From the NCBI RefSeq assembly GCF_009914755.1, contig NC_060944.1: a stretch of 64,000 bases of DNA. One strand, written 5' to 3'. The position numbers and the translations under genes are program-made. This document shows positions 59,491-64,000 of this stretch, piece by piece. The DNA comes from the human T2T-CHM13v2.0 reference genome, Homo sapiens. The notes beneath the pieces were generated by a model, which made no database searches, was not told the DNA's origin, and saw only the letters and a program-made list of their open reading frames with translations. Numbering within the stretch: the stretch's first letter is position 1; each line of letters begins with the position of its first letter.

Positions 59491-60843
59491 AAAAATATCC
59501 CTACATAATGGTTAAAAGCAGGGTGGATCCTGGCCTAGATCCTGGACCAGAAGAAGGACGCTCTTGGGAAACTGCTGAGCCCCAAGCCCCACCTGGAGCT
59601 CAGTTAGTAGCGGTGCAGCGGCGGCGGCCGCACAGGCACGGCTGCGGGGGCACTGGGGAGGAAGTCCGCAGGGATGCCTTTGCACCTTGTCCACAAATCT
59701 AAAACCATCTCAAAATCAGCTGTCCTGTAAAATATATTTACAGGAAGGGTATCAAGGGGAGGGTGTCCCATGGAGAGGTGGCCCGGCACGGGAACTCAGC
59801 CAGTCGGAGAACAGAGACCCGCTAAAGAATGGGGAGCTCTGGGAGCAGGCGGGGAGGTGGAGCTGAGGGCGGGTCACAGCAGGTAGGGGTTGAGCAGCTC
59901 CATAAATATCTTAAAGTGCATGGAGGCCCGGTTTCTTATAGGCGGAGAATGGAGTTACCAAGACCACAAGAGAAAATTAGAATGACCCCAGAGTGCTGAA
60001 TTGGGAATGAGGACGTCCTGTGCACAGCTGGCCTGCTGCCTCCCACGTGTCAGGGCTGGCTCGGGAGTCAGGAGAGGCTGAGGAACCTTCCAGCCCAAGG
60101 AGCTGGACAAGGTGTGGCAGCTGCAGGCAGCCGGGATAGGGACGCAGACTTTCCTACAGGGAGAGGCACTGCTGAGACCGGGGCCCACGTGGGAGGGGCT
60201 GTCGGTCATGGCCAGTCTCAATGACACCCTGGTTCTGGAGGGGACACCATTTTCTCTAGGAAACACACATGGACTGTTCTGGGTGCAGGGAAGTCCAGTC
60301 GGCGACTGACTCTTAAGTGATTCAGGAGGAAGTTCTTTGTACTCTTCTTCCAGCTTTTCTGTAACTGTGATTGCCTCAGAATTAAAGCAGAATGGCCAAG
60401 GACCCCACAGAGATAGTGACCCCCCCAAAGGAGGTGGCACCTTTTCAGAGGAGTGAGGCTGGGGAGAGGGAGGCGTCCGAGGCACTGCGAGGGAGGAGGC
60501 AGGCGGTGTCCCCTCGTTGTGCTCCCGCTCTGGCCCCGTGTTGAGTTTTCAGCCGTCCACTGGGGCCCCTTCTGTACACATCTTTTGTAGTCAGGATGGG
60601 GAGCACCTTGTAAGGTCCCTCCTGTGCGACCTGCTGAAGACTGGGGAGCTCTGGGAGCAGGCAGGTATTTGTGCTCATGGTGAAGGGAGAGGGGCTGTCC
60701 TCTCCTGGAGGGCAGGGTCAGGACTTCCTCACTGTGCCCTTGGCACCTGCAAGGTAGCCGGCTGTCATGAGCGGCTTGTTGAATGAGTGACAGCTTAAAT
60801 GAGGCTTTGAGAGTGACAGTAGCTGGCACTTAGAGTCTGCAGC

Positions 60844-61710
60844 TGTGCCAACCCTGTCGCTCCGGGGATATTTCCACCCACACTACACATCAGGCACCAA
60901 ATGTGTGGGTTTTCCACACCAACAATTCGCCAGTCCTCTGCAGACACCAGCCAGGCATCCTGTAATTCAGTTCAGTCTGACCCTGCCGCGGTTATCAGGG
61001 ACCCCAGCGTTAGGGGCTCAGTCACCCCCCACTTCAGATGCTAATTGCAAGTAGTGGGTCCCTGGGGTACCCACACTTCTGTCCATCTTGGCTACACATT
61101 GGGAGTTCCTACGACCCCTTCAGGTTTGATGATTTGCGGTAGTGGCTCACAGAACTCAGGAAGGCACTTGGTTTGCATTGCCAGTTTACTATAAAGGATG
61201 CCACAGCGGGCACAGGCAGGCAGCTGGGTGAGGAGGGGCACGGGCGAGGCCCAGAGGGTCCTAAGCATAGGAGCCTTTGTCCCCAGGGAGTTGTGTGGCT
61301 GGCCTTACAGCACGGGGATGAGTTCACCAAACTGAAAGCTTTCCAGAGCCCCTAGTTCCAGGATTTCCATGGAGGCCTCATCATGGAGACATGATCAGTT
61401 ATGAACTCAGCCTCCAGCCCCTCTGCCCTTTTTGGAGGGTGGGGGTGGGGCCGAAAGGTCCAGGCTTCTCATCGTGGCTTGGTCTTTATGATGACCAGCC
61501 CCCTCCCAAGGCCATCCAGGAGCCCACCAAGAGGTGCCTCATTAGAACAGAAGACTCTCCTGTCACCTGGGAAGTCCAAGGGATTTAGGAGCTCTGTGTC
61601 AGGCACCCCTATCGCCCCTGTCACTCAGGAAATTACCAGCGTTCTGAGAGCTCTGTGTCAGGAGCCAGGAGCAGGGGCCAAGTGTGTTCTTCTCATTCTA
61701 TCGGTGCCAC
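60844..61710. mobile_element. MER21-like LTR
   Basis: caccaaatgtgtgggttttccacaccaa...taattcagttcagtctgac...cccccacttcagatgc...cacagaactcagg...ctcattagaacagaagactctcctgtcac; family call from memory. Confidence 0.7.
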
Positions 61711-62291
61711 AGCCAGGGCCGCGGTTGTGCAGCCGTGTGGATCAGCTCAGCCCGTCCTCACCCAGCCGTGTGAGGAGGCCGAGGCCACACAGGTGGATGG
61801 CCTTCCCTTAGAGTTACTTTCCAGAGCCTGGGTGCTTAGCCGCTATGCCCCATGTTTAATATTCTTGTGTTCCAATGTAACAACTTTAAAATTACACAGG
61901 ATAACACTCTTGATAACATTTTAATAAATGGGTGTTTTTCTTTTCAAGAAATTTTGACTTGCACTTCAGATTTCCTTTTTAATATTTTCGTTGAGCGGAA
62001 CCTTGCTATTCCATAAGAGGATGTGTCCAGTGTTGTGGAAGATTTCATGTTTTAAATCCTTTGTACAGAAATCCTGCTCCCAAGTCACAGATAGGCTGAC
62101 GGGTCAGAGGGCAAGACGTGACCCAGGGCCGAGAGGGTGAGTGACCAGGAAAATCGGATTCATCAGTTCACTTGTTTGTTTCAGAAACGTGCACAAAGAC
62201 CTGCTGCATGAGGCCCTCGTCTTCAGTTTCTGTTTCATGCCCAGCATTAAACCAAGTATCTCATTTTGCCAATTTGACTTCTGTAGGGGCC

Positions 62292-62495
62292 ATGGCACCT
62301 GCAAGGTGTTTTTCAGCAAGATTGAGGACCGTGTTTCAGGGCGTGGGGCATTGGGCTTTGTCCACATGGGCTGGCCTGAAGCCCAGCCGGCTACTGCCAC
62401 AGCGGGCTTCTCCCAGGCTGCTCTCGGTCGGCCGTGCGGACCTCGCCAAGCATCAGGAACTCCCGGGGAAGAAGCTGCTCTCTGAGAAAAAGCTG
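62292..62495 (+). CDS. MTG2: MTG2 (GTPBP5, mitochondrial Obg-family GTPase) first coding exon; gene continues beyond the window
   Basis: ttctgtag|GGGCCATGG (acceptor 62286/62287, good Kozak); MAPARCFSARLRTVFQGVGHWALSTWAGLKPSRLLPQRASPRLLSV...EKKL|gtgag; Arg/Ser/Leu-rich, acid-poor N-terminus like a mitochondrial presequence. Confidence 0.92.
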
Positions 62496-62815
62496 GTGAG
62501 ACTCCTGGAGTTAGAGCAGCTTGCCTGTCTCCTCCTCAGAAGGCACAGGGTGTGGTTTCGGGTCCTCCTCTGGGTCTCATCTCTGTTGATGTTAGTTGAT
62601 GATCTTAGTGATGGGGCACGTGGAGCTTCTTGAAAATGACAGGGTGAAACGCAGGCCTGCGTGCTAAATCCCACGCTCAGCAAATCCCAGCAGGCTGGGA
62701 GAGGCGCTGCGTGCTTGGAAAGCCGTGATACAGGCTGCTCATTTTCCCATGAGCCTGTGTATTTTACATGTATGTTACATATATCCTTTCATATGTGTGG
62801 CTATTTCTTAATTTA

Positions 62816-62974
<159 letters not shown>

Positions 62975-63785
62975 TTAATAAATAAATAAAAATAAAACAA
63001 GTAGGGGGGAATATACCTTCCGTTTTATGGTTCTTTAAGCCTTATAAGTTTTTCTTGTTCTATTTACCAAAACCTCCTATTTAAAGCATGAATTGTCTCT
63101 AATAAATTCAAGAAAATGCACGTTTATGACTCCCTTCGTTTCCTGCTGAATGGAGGGGCTCCAGATAAGCATTACTGGGACAAACAGCACTTCCAGTGGA
63201 AAAGCCGCTTTGGTGGGATGTGTGCTCAAATAGCTGAAGCGTTAGCACAGGCTTGTCTCCTCCCCAGGAGAGAAAGTGAGTCGAGGTTTTGTCCTCCACG
63301 AAGTGCTCACCAGTGGGGCTTTCCTCCCTGTCTGGTGGATTTTGCTTGCGTTGGCGCATGACAGCATTACACATTGAAATTTGGAAATAACAGTTCGTGG
63401 TTTTCCCACATGGTGGTGCCAAAGAATCTTAGAATGTTTGTGTTTTAAATTTTTAAATTTTTTTTTGTGTTTAAATTTTTGTGTTTAAAAATTTTAAATG
63501 TTTTAAAATTTTCTTTTAAAAGAAAAAAAAACTGCATTTGAGGAGTATTGGATCGGAGTGCAGAGGCAGCAGCCCTGGGTGGCTGTCAGGGGCAGGGCAC
63601 GTCTGTCTGTGCACGTGGGCAGAAGCCAGGTGTCCTCCCCAGCGTGTGGTGAGGTTGCAGCACCCTGGGCTGCGGGAGCTGACCCTCCTGTGGTAGGAGC
63701 TGTTGTGTGTTGAACAGTAACCTGGTTGGTTCTCTCTCTTCATCCAGATTGCACCTACCTTAGTGACCTACAGAACAGCTTTCCT

Positions 63786-64000
63786 AGCCGGGCACAGTGG
63801 CTCACGCCTGTAGTCCCAGCACTTTGGGAGGCCGAGGCGGGTGGATCACGAGGTCAGGAGATCGAGACCATCCTGGCCAACACAGTGAAACCCCGTCTCT
63901 ACTAAAAATACAAAAAACTAGCCGGGCGCAGTGGCGGGTGCCTGTAGTCCCAGCTACTTAGGAGGCTGAGGCAGGAGAATGGCATGAACCTGGGAGGCGG
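63786..64000 (+). mobile_element. AluY (cut by window end)
   Basis: gatcacgaggtcaggagatcgagaccatcctggcc. Confidence 0.9.

Overview
Human-type (primate, Alu-rich, GC-rich) genomic DNA matching the chr20q13.33 LSM14B-PSMA7-SS18L1-MTG2 cluster, recognised from the translated exons. It holds the last exons of LSM14B (+), the complete PSMA7 gene (-; 7 coding exons, 747 nt, 248 aa), the complete SS18L1/CREST gene (+; 11 coding exons, 1191 nt, 396 aa; head-to-head with PSMA7 in one CpG island), and the promoter and first two exons of MTG2/GTPBP5 (+). Introns carry about 35 Alus, MaLR/MER21 LTRs, MER20/MER3/Tigger DNA-transposon fossils, old L1 and several minisatellites. I see no foreign insert, CRISPR array or prokaryotic system. 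The most unusual signals concern splicing of SS18L1: (1) a 117-bp tandem duplication that copies the exon 9 donor in frame with no stop; (2) a 12-unit intron 1 minisatellite in which every unit is a polypyrimidine tract followed by AG|GTGAG (recursive-splice-site-like); (3) a GC-AG intron 10 whose donor overlaps codon Q388; (4) a candidate Alu-derived poison exon. Coordinates were read by hand; repeat boundaries and subfamilies are approximate.
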